Shown piece after piece: positions 1 through 11,446 of a stretch of DNA of 64,000 bases. A program made the translations under genes and the position numbers. Each line of letters begins with the position of its first letter. Position 1 is the first letter of the stretch. This DNA is from an uncultured bacterium. Its GTDB lineage: Bacteria > Acidobacteriota > Thermoanaerobaculia > Multivoradales > JAHZIX01. Location of the stretch: NCBI GenBank assembly GCA_965368975.1, contig CBDUPA010000004.1, positions 192,001-256,000 on the forward strand, read 5' to 3'. Below the pieces are notes generated by a model. That model saw nothing but the letters and a program-made list of their open reading frames with translations, was not told where the DNA came from and searched no databases.

Positions 1-1031
1 GCACCCGTCTGCTCGCCGACGTTGATCATCTGCACGACCATCTGGGGGAAGACTCCGGTCTGGGCCAGCGGCTCGCTGATCGTCCGACCTTCCTCGACGC
101 TCTTACGCACGGCCATGATGGCATCTTCGATGATCGCGTTGCCGGCGGTCCGGGCGGTGATCTCGAGGCCATCGAGGATCGGCACACCGGACGCGGTGAG
201 GGTCGACAGGGTGCGGCAGAAGCGGGCCACGGCGATCTTGCGCAGCAGCATGCCGAGGATCGGCAAGCGCAGCATCAGTCCGTCGAGCACGCGCCGCCCC
301 TTGTAGGTGTCATGGTAGCGGCGAATCGCGTAGACGCCGGCGGCCATGATGATAATAAGGAACAGACTGTAGCTTTGGGCGAAGTCACTGGCCGCGATGA
401 CCCAGCGGGTCAGGGCCGGCATCTCGGAACCGACACCGGCAAACAGCTGGCCGAACACTGGGATCACGAAGCGCAGGATGATCCACACCACGCCGATGGC
501 GATCGTGATGACGCTGACCGGATAGATCAGCGCCGACTTGACCTGTGCCTTCAGCTTCACGGCCTTCTCGATGTAGTTGGACAGGCGCTGCAGGATGATG
601 TCGAGGATACCGCCGGCCTCACCGGCGGCGATCATGTTGACGTACAGCGTGTCGAAGGCCTTCGGATGCTTGCTCATCGCCTCGGCCAGCGACGCGCCCT
701 GTTCGACATCCCCCCGCACGGCTTTGATGATGTCGGCGAAATTGGGATGCTCTTCCTGGCTGCCCAGGATCTCGAGACACTGCACTAGCGGCAGGCCGGC
801 GTCGAGCATGACGGAGAACTGGCGGGTGAACAGGGCGATGCGCTTCTGCGGTACCTTGGTGTTCAGCTTCAGGCGCTTGATGATCGGGATCTCGCGTCCC
901 TTCTCCTTGATGCTGATCACCTGGATCTGCTGGCGCCGCAGGGCAGCTTCGGCAGCGGCCTTGCTGTCGTAGAGGTCGACGCCTTCGACGACTTGACCGC
1001 CACGGCGGCCTTTCCACTGGAACGTGGGCAT
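1..1031 (-). CDS. pilC: Type IV pilus inner-membrane platform protein PilC (T2SS GspF family); 3' end runs off the window
   Basis: Not in the ORF track because it has no stop in the window. Read manually from ATG 1031: MPTFQWKGRRGGQVVEG...ALFTRQFSVMLDAGLPLVQCLEIL...AGEAGGILDIILQRLSNYIEKAVKLKAQVKSALIYP. Starts 3 nt after the pilT stop. Confidence 0.95.
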   Translation of the reverse strand, partial: MPTFQWKGRRGGQVVEGVDLYDSKAAAEAALRRQQIQVISIKEKGREIPIIKRLKLNTKVPQKRIALFTRQFSVMLDAGLPLVQCLEILGSQEEHPNFADIIKAVRGDVEQGASLAEAMSKHPKAFDTLYVNMIAAGEAGGILDIILQRLSNYIEKAVKLKAQVKSALIYPVSVITIAIGVVWIILRFVIPVFGQLFAGVGSEMPALTRWVIAASDFAQSYSLFLIIIMAAGVYAIRRYHDTYKGRRVLDGLMLRLPILGMLLRKIAVARFCRTLSTLTASGVPILDGLEITARTAGNAIIEDAIMAVRKSVEEGRTISEPLAQTGVFPQMVVQMINVGEQTG

Positions 1032-1034
1032 GGT

Positions 1035-2150
1035 CTATCTCCTCGCCTGTCGCGCGGGGGAGGCGCTTCCGGCCTGGGCCTGTTGGCCGCGGGCGATGAT
1101 CTCTTGCAGCTCGTCCGCATTGGACGAGCGCGCCATGGCTACCTGTAGCGTGATCTTGCGCTGGAAGTACAAGGCTGCCAGGCTCTGGTTGAAGGTCTGC
1201 ATGCCGTATTTGGCCTGGCCGGTCTGCATCATGCCGTAGATCTGGTGCACCTTGTCCTCTCGGATCAGGTTGCGGATGCCCGAAGTCGGCACCAGCACTT
1301 CCATCGCCATCGCACGGCCTTTGCCACTCGAGCGCGGCAGGAGCGTCTGACACATGATGCCTTCGAGCACGAACGACAGTTGCACCCGGATCTGTCCCTG
1401 CTGGTGGGCTGGGAAGACGTCAATGATGCGGTTGATGGTCTGGGCCGCCGAGTTGGTGTGCAGCGTGGCGAAGGTCAAGTGACCGGTCTCCGCGATGCGC
1501 ATCGCCGATTCCACGGTCTCGAAGTCACGCAGCTCACCAATCAGCACCACGTCCGGGTCTTGGCGCAGGGCCGAGCGCAGCGCGTTCGAGAAGCTGTGCG
1601 TGTCGGCTGCCAGCTCGCGCTGGTTGACAATGCAGCTCTTGTGCTGGTGCAGGTACTCGACCGGGTCTTCGATCGTGATGATGTGCTCGTGCCGCTCGCG
1701 ATTGATCTTGTCGATCATCGCCGCCAGCGTCGTCGACTTGCCGGAACCGGTTGGGCCGGTGACCAGGATCAGTCCGCGCGGCTTCTCGCATAGCTTCTCG
1801 ACGATGGCGGGCAGGCCGAGCTTCTGGAAGCCCAAGATCTCGTAGGGGATCTGCCGGAACACCGCCGCGATGGCGCCGCGCTGATGGAACACGTTGGCCC
1901 GGAAACGGGCCAGATTCTTGATCCCGAAGGAGAAGTCGATCTCCAGGTTCTCTTCCAGCCGCTGCTTCTGCAGGTCGGTGAGGATCGAGTACGCCAGTTG
2001 CTTGGTCTGCGTCGGCGTCATGGGCGGGGTGTTGAGCGGGTGCAACACGCCATCAATCCGGATCTGTGGTGAAGCGTTGGTGGTGAGATGAAGATCCGAG
2101 CCGCCCTGGTCGATCATCGCCTTGAGCAGCTGGTTGAGGGTCACGGCCAT
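1035..2150 (-). CDS. pilT: Type IV pilus retraction ATPase PilT
   Basis: GSDLHL, Walker A GPTGSGKSTT, TIEDPVE, ALRQDPDVVLIGELRD, AETGHL..TLHT, and the C-terminal GIRNLIRE (AIRNLIRE) motif. Confidence 0.96.
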   Translation of the reverse strand: MAVTLNQLLKAMIDQGGSDLHLTTNASPQIRIDGVLHPLNTPPMTPTQTKQLAYSILTDLQKQRLEENLEIDFSFGIKNLARFRANVFHQRGAIAAVFRQIPYEILGFQKLGLPAIVEKLCEKPRGLILVTGPTGSGKSTTLAAMIDKINRERHEHIITIEDPVEYLHQHKSCIVNQRELAADTHSFSNALRSALRQDPDVVLIGELRDFETVESAMRIAETGHLTFATLHTNSAAQTINRIIDVFPAHQQGQIRVQLSFVLEGIMCQTLLPRSSGKGRAMAMEVLVPTSGIRNLIREDKVHQIYGMMQTGQAKYGMQTFNQSLAALYFQRKITLQVAMARSSNADELQEIIARGQQAQAGSASPARQARR

Positions 2151-2331
2151 GCAGAATCTCCACGGATGCGGGGAGGATCAATGAATCGAAGCTACAGCAT
2201 TCGCAAGTCTACACCATCCCGACGTGCCTGCAAGGATCTCGGGCCTCCCGCTCGTCAGAGGTCGCGGGAGCCCGTATGGAAGGGGCTTGGCGGTGATGCG
2301 AGCATGGTCGGAGTGCGGTAAGGTGCCGGGC

Positions 2332-4182
2332 GTGGAAGCGCTGCACGAAGAAGAGAAACTGGGTAAGGTTTACGACAGTCAGCTGATGCGCCGGCTGCTG
2401 CGCTACGTCAAGCCGCACGCCGGTATGGCGTCGACGGCGGTGGTACTGATCATCCTGTCGTCGTTCCTGCAGCTGATCGGTCCGCTGGTGGTTGCATCGG
2501 CGGTGGATCTGTACATTGCTCCGGTGCAGGAAGAGAGCCAGATGTCTGGTGCTGTGCGTGCCGTGCGCGGTGTGCTGCCGCCAGATCTGGGGCCCGCGGA
2601 GGGCATCGTCTGGGTCGGCGGCTTATTCCTCATCGCGACCGTGCTCAGCTTCGGCGTTCTCTACCTGCAGGCCTACATCATGCTGTTGATGGGCCAGAAG
2701 GTGATGTTCGACCTGCGCCAGGAAGTTTTCGCGCACGTCCAGAGGCTGCCGGTCAGTTACTTCGACCGCAACCCCGTCGGCCGGATCGTCACCCGTGTGA
2801 CCACCGACGTGGCAGCGCTCAACGAGCTGTTCACCGCCGGACTGGTGTCGATCTTCGGCGACATCGTATTGCTGGTCGGCATCGTCGGCCTGCTCTTCTG
2901 GCTCGACTGGCGTCTCGCTCTGGTCGCCTTCGCCGTTCTGCCGTTGCTGCTGCTGCTCACCCTCTGGTTCAAGATCCGCGCGCGCCAGCGCTACCGGGCC
3001 GTGCGCGTCAAGATCGCGGGGATCAACAGCTTCCTGCAGGAACACATCACTGGCATGTCGGTGGTGCAGCTGTTCAATCGCGAGAAACGTGCCTTCGACG
3101 AGTACGACGACATCAACGCCGGGCACCGTGACGCCAACATCGACACGATCTTCTACTACGCCATCTACTATCCGTCGATCGAGTTGATCACCGCCATCGG
3201 CATCGGCCTGGTGATCTGGTACGGCGGCGGCGCGGTGATCGCAGGTGCACTTTCCGTCGGTGCGCTCATCGCCTTCGTGCAGCTCTCGGCGCGCTTCTAC
3301 CAGCCCCTGGCCGACCTGAGCGAGAAGTACAACACGCTGCAGAGCGCCATGGCCAGTTCCGAGCGCATCTTCGCTCTGCTCGACAAAGTCCCCGAGATCA
3401 CCTCGCCGCCCGACGCGCAGCGTCCCGACCCGGTGCGTGGCGATTTGAGCTTCGACCAGGTGTCCTTTCGCTACAACGACGACGAGCCGGTGCTCGAGGA
3501 CATTAGTTTCGACGTCCAAGCCGGTGAGACCCTGGCCGTCGTCGGTCACACCGGTGCTGGCAAGTCGACCCTGGCCAACCTGATGTTGCGCTTCTACGAC
3601 ACGCGTCAAGGAGCCGTGCGCGTCGACGGCGTCGACGTGCGTGATTGGGACCTGGCGCACCTGCGGCGCTCGATCGGCCTGGTGCTGCAGGACGTGTTCC
3701 TGTTCTCCGGCACCCTCGGCTACAACATCGGTCTCGGGGCCCCGAGTGTCGATGAAGAACGCCTGCGCTGGGCGGCGGGAGAAGTGGGAGCCCTGCCTTT
3801 CATCGACAAGTTACCGAAGGGCTTCGACGCGCGCGTCAAAGAACGCGGTGCCGGTCTGTCGGTGGGGCAGAAACAGCTGATCGCCTTTGCCCGTGCCCTC
3901 GCCTTCGACCCCCGTATCCTGATCCTGGACGAGGCGACCTCCTCGATCGACACCGAGACCGAGCACCTCATCCAGGCCGCCCTCGACCGCCTGCTCGACG
4001 GCCGCACCAGCGTCGTCATCGCCCACCGCTTGTCGACGATTCAGAAGGCGGATCGCATTCTGGTGATGCACAAAGGCCGCGTGCGCGAAATCGGTACGCA
4101 CGAAGAACTGCTGGAGTCGGGCGGCATCTACGCCAAGCTCTACCAGCTCCAATACCAAGACCAAGAAGCCGCCGGCGGCTAG
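2332..4182 (+). CDS. ABC exporter with fused TMD and NBD (MdlB/MsbA-like)
   Basis: Six-TM region, Walker A GHTGAGKST, signature LSVGQKQL, ILILDEATS. Start moved from 2224 to GTG 2332, which lies 7 nt after TAAGGT. Confidence 0.9.
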   Translation: MEALHEEEKLGKVYDSQLMRRLLRYVKPHAGMASTAVVLIILSSFLQLIGPLVVASAVDLYIAPVQEESQMSGAVRAVRGVLPPDLGPAEGIVWVGGLFLIATVLSFGVLYLQAYIMLLMGQKVMFDLRQEVFAHVQRLPVSYFDRNPVGRIVTRVTTDVAALNELFTAGLVSIFGDIVLLVGIVGLLFWLDWRLALVAFAVLPLLLLLTLWFKIRARQRYRAVRVKIAGINSFLQEHITGMSVVQLFNREKRAFDEYDDINAGHRDANIDTIFYYAIYYPSIELITAIGIGLVIWYGGGAVIAGALSVGALIAFVQLSARFYQPLADLSEKYNTLQSAMASSERIFALLDKVPEITSPPDAQRPDPVRGDLSFDQVSFRYNDDEPVLEDISFDVQAGETLAVVGHTGAGKSTLANLMLRFYDTRQGAVRVDGVDVRDWDLAHLRRSIGLVLQDVFLFSGTLGYNIGLGAPSVDEERLRWAAGEVGALPFIDKLPKGFDARVKERGAGLSVGQKQLIAFARALAFDPRILILDEATSSIDTETEHLIQAALDRLLDGRTSVVIAHRLSTIQKADRILVMHKGRVREIGTHEELLESGGIYAKLYQLQYQDQEAAGG

Positions 4183-4238
4183 CTCTAGGTTTGCCTAGCC
4201 CGGCGGCCTCCAGGTTGCGGTGAGGGTCTTGGGGTCGG

Positions 4239-4481
4239 TTATTTGGCGATCAGCCGTACCAGGAACAGCAGCACGATCGCGCCGATAGTCGCCGTGATCA
4301 GCGTGCCGACCAGACCGCCACCGATGGTGACGCCGAGCTGCCCGAGCAGCCAGCCGCCGATGAACGCACCGATCACGCCGACCAGCAGGTTACCGAGCAG
4401 GCCCATGCCCTTGCCCTTCATGAAGGTGCTGGCCAGCCAGCCAGCGGCCAGGCCGATGAGTAGGAACCAGAGTAGGCTCAT
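4239..4481 (-). CDS. GlsB/YeaQ/YmgE (transglycosylase-associated) small membrane protein
   Basis: 80 aa, three hydrophobic segments, pattern IGLAAGWLA...GLLGNLLVGVIGAFIGG...ATIGAIVLL. Confidence 0.9.
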   Translation of the reverse strand: MSLLWFLLIGLAAGWLASTFMKGKGMGLLGNLLVGVIGAFIGGWLLGQLGVTIGGGLVGTLITATIGAIVLLFLVRLIAK

Positions 4482-4526
4482 GGGGGGATCTCCTTGGTTG
4501 TTCGTGTGAAGTGTGCGGAAAGAGTA

Positions 4527-6173
4527 TCAGAGCCGCTCGCTGCCGGCGTGATAGCGGCAGGTGAGCGGGTCGAGGCTGGCGTCGCGCCCCACCCGTCCAT
4601 TGACCGCCAACGCGTCCAATATCTGGAACACGGTCTCGACGCGCTCCGGACTGCCGATCCCCGCCGCTACTTCTGCCGCCGTGCAGCCTCTTTCCTGTCT
4701 ACGTAGGAACTCCAGCGACGCCCGCTGTAGCTGCAGGATCGAAGCCGCGGCCTTCTTGCCCGCTTCGACGCCCGGTTGGTGGTAGGCGTTGATCTTCACC
4801 AGGCTGGCATAGAAGCCCACCGCGCGTTCGTACAAGGCGATCAGAACCCCGAGGTGGTAGGCGTCGAGCTGACGGATGGTGAGCGTGATCGACGGTCGGC
4901 CGGCCTGGCTGAGGGCTTCGCGGGTGCCGAGGAAGAAGCCGCGTAGGTAGTCGCCGCTGGTGACGCCGGGTTCCGCTTCCGGGTTCACCTCGACGGCCGC
5001 CGCAGTATCCGGTGCGACCCCGTCGCTCTGCACTTCCAGGAACGTGACGAAGAAGTTGCGCACGCCGTCACGCAGCTGTTGCACGTAGGCGTGCTGGTCG
5101 GTGGAGCCTTTGTTGCCGTAGACGGTAATGCCCTGCTCGACGACGTTGCCGTCGAGGTCGTGGGACTTGCCGAGGCTCTCCATGATCAGCTGTTGCAGGT
5201 AGCGGCTGAACAGCAGCAAGCGGTCGCGGTAGGGAAGGAGGACCATGTCTCTCTTACCCTGGCCATCGGTCGCGAAGTACCAGGCAAGAGCCAGCAGTGC
5301 GGCGGGATTGGTGTTTGTGCTCGGCTGACGCGTGACGGCGTCGCAGGCAGCGGCACCGGTGAGCACGGCGTCGACGTCGAGACCCTGCAAGGCAGCAGGC
5401 AGGAGGCCAACGGTACTCAGCACGCTGGTGCGACCGCCGACCCAGTCCCACATCGGGAAGCGGGCGAGCCAGCCTTCTTGCTCGGCGACGAGGTCGAGCT
5501 TGGAGCCCTCACCGGTGATGGCGACGGCCTGGGTAGGGAAGTCGAGCTCTCGTTCACGGAAGGCGGCCTGTGCGACCTCGAGGCCGTTGCGGGTCTCGGC
5601 GGTGCCACCGGACTTGCTGATGACGACGCACAGGGTGCGCGGCAGCCGCTCGCCCAAGAGGTCGAGTGTGCGCTGCAGACCATCGGGGTCGGTGTTGTCG
5701 AAGAAATGCAGGCGCAGGCGGTCATCGGTGCCACCCAGGGCGTCGGCGATCAACTGAGGGCCGAGGGCGGAGCCACCGATGCCGATCAGCAGGACGTCGG
5801 TGAAACGGGCTTGGTGCGGTGGGTGCATGCGGCCGGCGTGGACTTCGGTGGCGAAGTCGAGCACGGCGGTCCGGGCTTCCACGATGGCGTCGCGTTGCGC
5901 GGTCGTCGGTGCGAACTCTGGTGCACGCAGCCAGTAGTGTCCGACTTGACGTCCCTCGTCCGGGTTGGCGATGGCGCCCGCTTCCAGGTTCGCCATGGCT
6001 TGGAAGGCGTGCTCCATCGACGCAGCGATGCGCTGCAGGAACTCGTCGTCGAAAGGACGTCCAGCAGGATCGAGCAGGCGGCTGGTGTCGAGACGCAGGC
6101 CGATCTCGTCGCACACACACAGGCGACGGCGGTAGTGGTCCCAAGCGGGGACCGGGACAGTGGTCGAGGTCAT
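4527..6173 (-). CDS. pgi: Glucose-6-phosphate isomerase
   Basis: [52 protein letters not shown]. Start taken at ATG 6173. Confidence 0.95.
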   Translation of the reverse strand: MTSTTVPVPAWDHYRRRLCVCDEIGLRLDTSRLLDPAGRPFDDEFLQRIAASMEHAFQAMANLEAGAIANPDEGRQVGHYWLRAPEFAPTTAQRDAIVEARTAVLDFATEVHAGRMHPPHQARFTDVLLIGIGGSALGPQLIADALGGTDDRLRLHFFDNTDPDGLQRTLDLLGERLPRTLCVVISKSGGTAETRNGLEVAQAAFRERELDFPTQAVAITGEGSKLDLVAEQEGWLARFPMWDWVGGRTSVLSTVGLLPAALQGLDVDAVLTGAAACDAVTRQPSTNTNPAALLALAWYFATDGQGKRDMVLLPYRDRLLLFSRYLQQLIMESLGKSHDLDGNVVEQGITVYGNKGSTDQHAYVQQLRDGVRNFFVTFLEVQSDGVAPDTAAAVEVNPEAEPGVTSGDYLRGFFLGTREALSQAGRPSITLTIRQLDAYHLGVLIALYERAVGFYASLVKINAYHQPGVEAGKKAAASILQLQRASLEFLRRQERGCTAAEVAAGIGSPERVETVFQILDALAVNGRVGRDASLDPLTCRYHAGSERL

Positions 6174-6257
6174 GGTTTGCTTTCTATCATCGCTGAGGCA
6201 GGCAGCCTTGACGTCGGGAGAGTGAACCTCCCATGTGGTATCGTTTCTAACCCTTCT

Positions 6258-6277
6258 CGGTTGCCGTACGGCAACCG
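6258..6277. repeat. Perfect 20-bp palindrome CGGTTGCCGTACGGCAACCG in the divergent pgi/icd intergenic region
   Basis: Read directly from the sequence; function unknown. Confidence 0.8.
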
Positions 6278-6372
6278 TCCGGAATTCCAGCATATCCGCA
6301 TCGGCGATTCTCGAGCCGGTCGCTTTTTCTCAACGCCCACAGCCGCACACTCTCCAGGGGAGGCTTTGCACA

Positions 6373-7620
<1,248 letters not shown>

Positions 7621-7653
7621 TCTGAAGATCCGCAAGAATAGGGAAGATCCGTC

Positions 7654-8574
7654 ATGAACTTCAAAGTCACTGTTGTCGGTGCCGGCCACGTCGGCGCCAC
7701 CACCGCCCAGCGCATCGCCGAGCGCGAGCTGGCGGATGTCGCCCTGATCGACATCCTGGGCGACATGGCCAAGGGCAAGGCCCTGGACATGATGGAGTCG
7801 GCGCCGGTGCTCGGCTTCAACTCCAAGGTCGAGGGCGGCGACGACTACGCGCTGACCGCCGGCTCGGACGTGTGTGTCGTCACCGCTGGTCTGGCGCGCA
7901 AGCCGGGCATGAGCCGCGACGACCTGCTGGCGAAGAACGCCGCCATCTGCGGTGGTGTCGTCGAGCAACTGGTCAAGCACTCGCCGAACACCATCCTGAT
8001 CATGGTTACCAACCCGCTGGACGCCATGTGCGAAGTGGCACGCCGCGTTTCCGGCTTCCCGCGTGAGCGTGTGCTGGGCATGGCTGGCGTGCTCGACGCG
8101 GCGCGGATGCGCTACTTCATCGCTGCCGAGCTGGGTGTGTCGGTGGAGGACGTCGATGCCTTCGTGCTTGGCGGTCACGGCGACACCATGGTGCCGCTGC
8201 CGCGCTTCGCCACGGTCAACGGCATCCCGCTGCCGACGCTGCTGAGCGAGGAGCGTATCGAGGCGATCAACGACCGCACGCGCAAGGGCGGTGCCGAGAT
8301 CGTCAACCTGCTCAAGCAGGGTTCGGCCTTCTACGCGCCGTCCGCCTCGGCGGTCGAGATGACCGAGGCGATCCTCTGCGACAAGCACAAGATCCTGCCG
8401 TGCGCCATCTATTTGCAGGGCGAATATGGTGTCAAGGATCTGTTCGTCGGGGTGCCAGCCAAGTTGGCGCGTCAGGGCCTGGAAGAGGTCCTTCAGCTGG
8501 AGCTGTCGGCCGCAGAGCAGGCGCAGCTGGACAGCAGTGCCGCCGCTGTCCAGGAGCTGGTCGACAAGCTCTGA
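7654..8574 (+). CDS. mdh: Malate dehydrogenase (LDH-like family)
   Basis: [45 protein letters not shown]. Confidence 0.96.
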   Translation: MNFKVTVVGAGHVGATTAQRIAERELADVALIDILGDMAKGKALDMMESAPVLGFNSKVEGGDDYALTAGSDVCVVTAGLARKPGMSRDDLLAKNAAICGGVVEQLVKHSPNTILIMVTNPLDAMCEVARRVSGFPRERVLGMAGVLDAARMRYFIAAELGVSVEDVDAFVLGGHGDTMVPLPRFATVNGIPLPTLLSEERIEAINDRTRKGGAEIVNLLKQGSAFYAPSASAVEMTEAILCDKHKILPCAIYLQGEYGVKDLFVGVPAKLARQGLEEVLQLELSAAEQAQLDSSAAAVQELVDKL

Positions 8575-8632
8575 CGCGTCCGCGGAAACTTCCGGCGGCG
8601 GTTGGCGTACCCCAAAGCGAAGTCGGTACTCG

Positions 8633-8656
8633 GAGGCCACGGGCGGCCGTGGCCTC
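8633..8656 (+). terminator. GC-rich hairpin after mdh (possible terminator)
   Basis: GAGGCCACGG-gcgg-CCGTGGCCTC, 10-bp perfect stem; only a weak T tail. Confidence 0.5.
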
Positions 8657-8743
8657 TCGGATTCCTGTTCGGGCAAGTGCTCTTTTCGAGAGGACCAGCC
8701 CTCTCGGGCAAGAGCCAGCTCCCTCGGGGTAGAGAAAGTCGCC

Positions 8744-11248
8744 ATGCTGTCGCAACGCCATATCTTCGCCTGGGTGCTCTTGGGACTGGCCGCGCTGGGC
8801 CTGATTGCGGCCGCCTTGCCCGCGACGTATCCGCTGGTGCCCGAGGACTGGCAGATCTCGCGCCGAGAAGCGACGCAGGTCGCCCTCGAGCATCTACGGC
8901 AGCTGGGTGAGCTACCCGAGCGGCCCTACGTGGTGACGCGGCTGGTGAGCGACACGGCGCTGGAACTGGAACTCCTGGAGCTGCGCCAGAGGCTGCCTCC
9001 AGAGGTCGCCCAGGGGATCGCCGGCACCTTCCTGGGGCGTCAGCTTCTGATCTGGGAAGTCCTGGTCTATCCACCCGCGGCGGCACACGACGAGTGGCAG
9101 TACCAGGCTCGCATCACGCCGGACGGCGAGATCCGGGCGCTGCGCCGCCAGGGGGACGACGCAGAGAGCGGTGAGGCGCAGGCTGAAGGCGCCTCCACGC
9201 GAGGCGCAACGCGGGCTGCTGCACGCGGCCTCAGTCCGCTGGCACCCTCAGCGGTTCCGCCGCCGCTCAGTTCGTCCCAGGTACAGACCCTGGCGGCTGC
9301 CTTGGTCGAGCGTCAGGGCTACGACTTGGCGCGGCTCGGAGAGTCGGCGGTGCGCGTGCAGCAGTTCTATGACCATACCGACGTCACCGTGACCTACACG
9401 CTGCCGTCTCCCGAGCAGGTCGGGGAGGGGTACCCGGCGCACGGCCTCACCGTTTCCTTCACCGGCGAGCGCCTCAACGGGTTTCACAGCTGGTTCGAGA
9501 TCAGCGACGCCTCGCGCACGCAAAGCCTGCTGCGCAGTTCCGGCCTGCTGGTCAACGGCCGCTGGCTCTCGGGATTGCTACTGGTACCGTTGGTCGGCAT
9601 CTTCTTTGTTCGGCGCTACCACGCGGGGGAGGTGGGCGTCCGCACCGGCGTCCAGCTGATGTCGATGGCGCTGCTCAGCAGCCTGGTCTTGCTCGTCTTC
9701 ATCTCGCGGCCGGCGTCGCAGGACTTTCCGTTCGACCTGTTCAGTCGGCCGCAGAGTACCTGGGTGTGGGGTACGCAGATGCTCACCACCTTCTTCTTTC
9801 CGCTGGCCGTGCTGTGCTTCCTCGGCTGGTCGGTGGGGGAGGCAGTCTGCCGTGAACGTTGGGGGGGCAAGCTCGCTGCCTTCGACGCCGTACTGCATGG
9901 AAAGTGGCGCAACGCCACCGTCGCGCGCTCGGTGCTGCGAGGTTCCGTGCTCGGCGTCACCGCGACGGCTCTGCTGATGCTCTTGGTTGCAGTGGCTCCG
10001 CAAGGCACGTGGGCACCCCTGACACAGCAGATCATGTGGTTCCACCAGGCGCAGTGGGTGGGCATTTCGCTGCTTGCCTCCGAGTTCGTCATGGCGCTCT
10101 ACATCGTGCTGTTCGGGCAACTGCTCGTTGTCTCGTCGGTCGCTCGGCGCTATGGCAAGCTGGCGGCAGTGGTGGCCTCGGCGGTGCTCTACGCGGTGAT
10201 CTTCTTTCCACCGCTGGCTGTGGTGCCGGTGGTACCGGCGCTACTGCTGGGCGCGCTCATCGGTGCCGCTCTGGCCGGCATCTTCCTGCGCTACGACCTG
10301 CTGACCACCTTGCTGACGCTACTGACGACGCAGCTGATCTTCATCGTCTGCCCCTTCCTCGGCGCTAGTGATTCTTGGCTGCAGTTGCAGAGCACGTTGC
10401 CGCTGGCGCTGTTGGCACTGCCGCTGCTGCTCACCGCGCGCTACTTGCGCAGCTGCGACGAGTTCATCTACCGCTACGACGACGTTCCGCCGCACGTGCG
10501 CCGCATCGCCGAGCGCGAGCGCCAGCGCGTCGAGTTGGAGACCGCGCGCGGCATCCAGAGCTCGATCCTGCCCGACCTGCCACCCCAGTTGGCCGGCGTC
10601 GAGCTGGCGCACGCCTACCAGCCGGCGACCGAGGTGGGCGGCGATTTCTACGACGTGTTGGCATTGGAGGACGGCCGGCTGGCAGTGGCGGTCGGGGACG
10701 TCGCGGGTCACGGGGTGTCGTCGGGCCTGATCATGAGCGTCGCCAAGTCAGCGCTGGCCGTGCAGGTGACGTTCGACCCGGAGGTCGAAGCGGTGCTCTG
10801 CACGCTCAACCGGATGGTCTACCAGAGCGCCCGCCGCCGTTTGCTCACTACCCTGTGCTACGGCATTCTCGACCCTGAACGGCGCGAGCTGATGTTCGCC
10901 AGTGCTGGCCACCACTTCCCGTACCGGGTCGGCAACGACGGTCAGGTCGAGAGCCTGGAGTCCATCGCCTACCCGCTTGGCGTCCGACCGCAAGTCCGGC
11001 CACAGGTGCGCAAGCTGAGTCTCGACGCCGGGGACAACCTGGTGCTGTTCAGCGACGGTATCGTCGAGGCGCGTGCCGAGGGTAGCGACGAGCTGTTCGG
11101 GTTCGAGCGTCTGGAGGGCACCCTGGCCGAAGCCGCCGGCAGCGGTGCTGCCGCCGTACGGGATTCGGTGCTGCACGCGGTCAACGAGTTCATCGGCTAT
11201 GCTCCGCAGGAGGACGATCGCACCGTCCTGGTACTGCGTTTGCCGTGA
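8744..11248 (+). CDS. Multi-TM membrane protein with C-terminal PP2C/SpoIIE (RsbU-like) phosphatase domain
   Basis: N-terminal TM, large soluble domain, about 9-10 TM helices, then ELETARGIQ, EVGGDFYD, VGDVAGHG, FSDGIVEA, QEDDRT. Start at ATG 8744 rather than 8426. Confidence 0.9.
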   Translation: MLSQRHIFAWVLLGLAALGLIAAALPATYPLVPEDWQISRREATQVALEHLRQLGELPERPYVVTRLVSDTALELELLELRQRLPPEVAQGIAGTFLGRQLLIWEVLVYPPAAAHDEWQYQARITPDGEIRALRRQGDDAESGEAQAEGASTRGATRAAARGLSPLAPSAVPPPLSSSQVQTLAAALVERQGYDLARLGESAVRVQQFYDHTDVTVTYTLPSPEQVGEGYPAHGLTVSFTGERLNGFHSWFEISDASRTQSLLRSSGLLVNGRWLSGLLLVPLVGIFFVRRYHAGEVGVRTGVQLMSMALLSSLVLLVFISRPASQDFPFDLFSRPQSTWVWGTQMLTTFFFPLAVLCFLGWSVGEAVCRERWGGKLAAFDAVLHGKWRNATVARSVLRGSVLGVTATALLMLLVAVAPQGTWAPLTQQIMWFHQAQWVGISLLASEFVMALYIVLFGQLLVVSSVARRYGKLAAVVASAVLYAVIFFPPLAVVPVVPALLLGALIGAALAGIFLRYDLLTTLLTLLTTQLIFIVCPFLGASDSWLQLQSTLPLALLALPLLLTARYLRSCDEFIYRYDDVPPHVRRIAERERQRVELETARGIQSSILPDLPPQLAGVELAHAYQPATEVGGDFYDVLALEDGRLAVAVGDVAGHGVSSGLIMSVAKSALAVQVTFDPEVEAVLCTLNRMVYQSARRRLLTTLCYGILDPERRELMFASAGHHFPYRVGNDGQVESLESIAYPLGVRPQVRPQVRKLSLDAGDNLVLFSDGIVEARAEGSDELFGFERLEGTLAEAAGSGAAAVRDSVLHAVNEFIGYAPQEDDRTVLVLRLP

Positions 11249-11446
11249 GTGTTTGCCTGAGTCCAGAGCCCCCGCGCAGCTCCCGGCGCTGTGGTAAGAT
11301 CTCAACGTTCGTGGCCTACCCACGGACCCCCGCACCCCTCGCAGATCCAAGCTCTCGTGACGAGACGATCCGTCCTGAACGGGGCACTCGTCCGAAGCTA
11401 TTCCCTCGAAAAGCTCGAGTCCGAAGAAGAACTCCAGGAGGATTCC

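Noticed and set aside
8426-8743. ORF-track N-terminal extensions (also at 2224, 6235, 11291, 17493, 29722, 45059, 53282, 57791)
   Set aside because: They overlap neighbouring genes or regulatory DNA; downstream starts fit SD or leaderless signals and family N-termini better.
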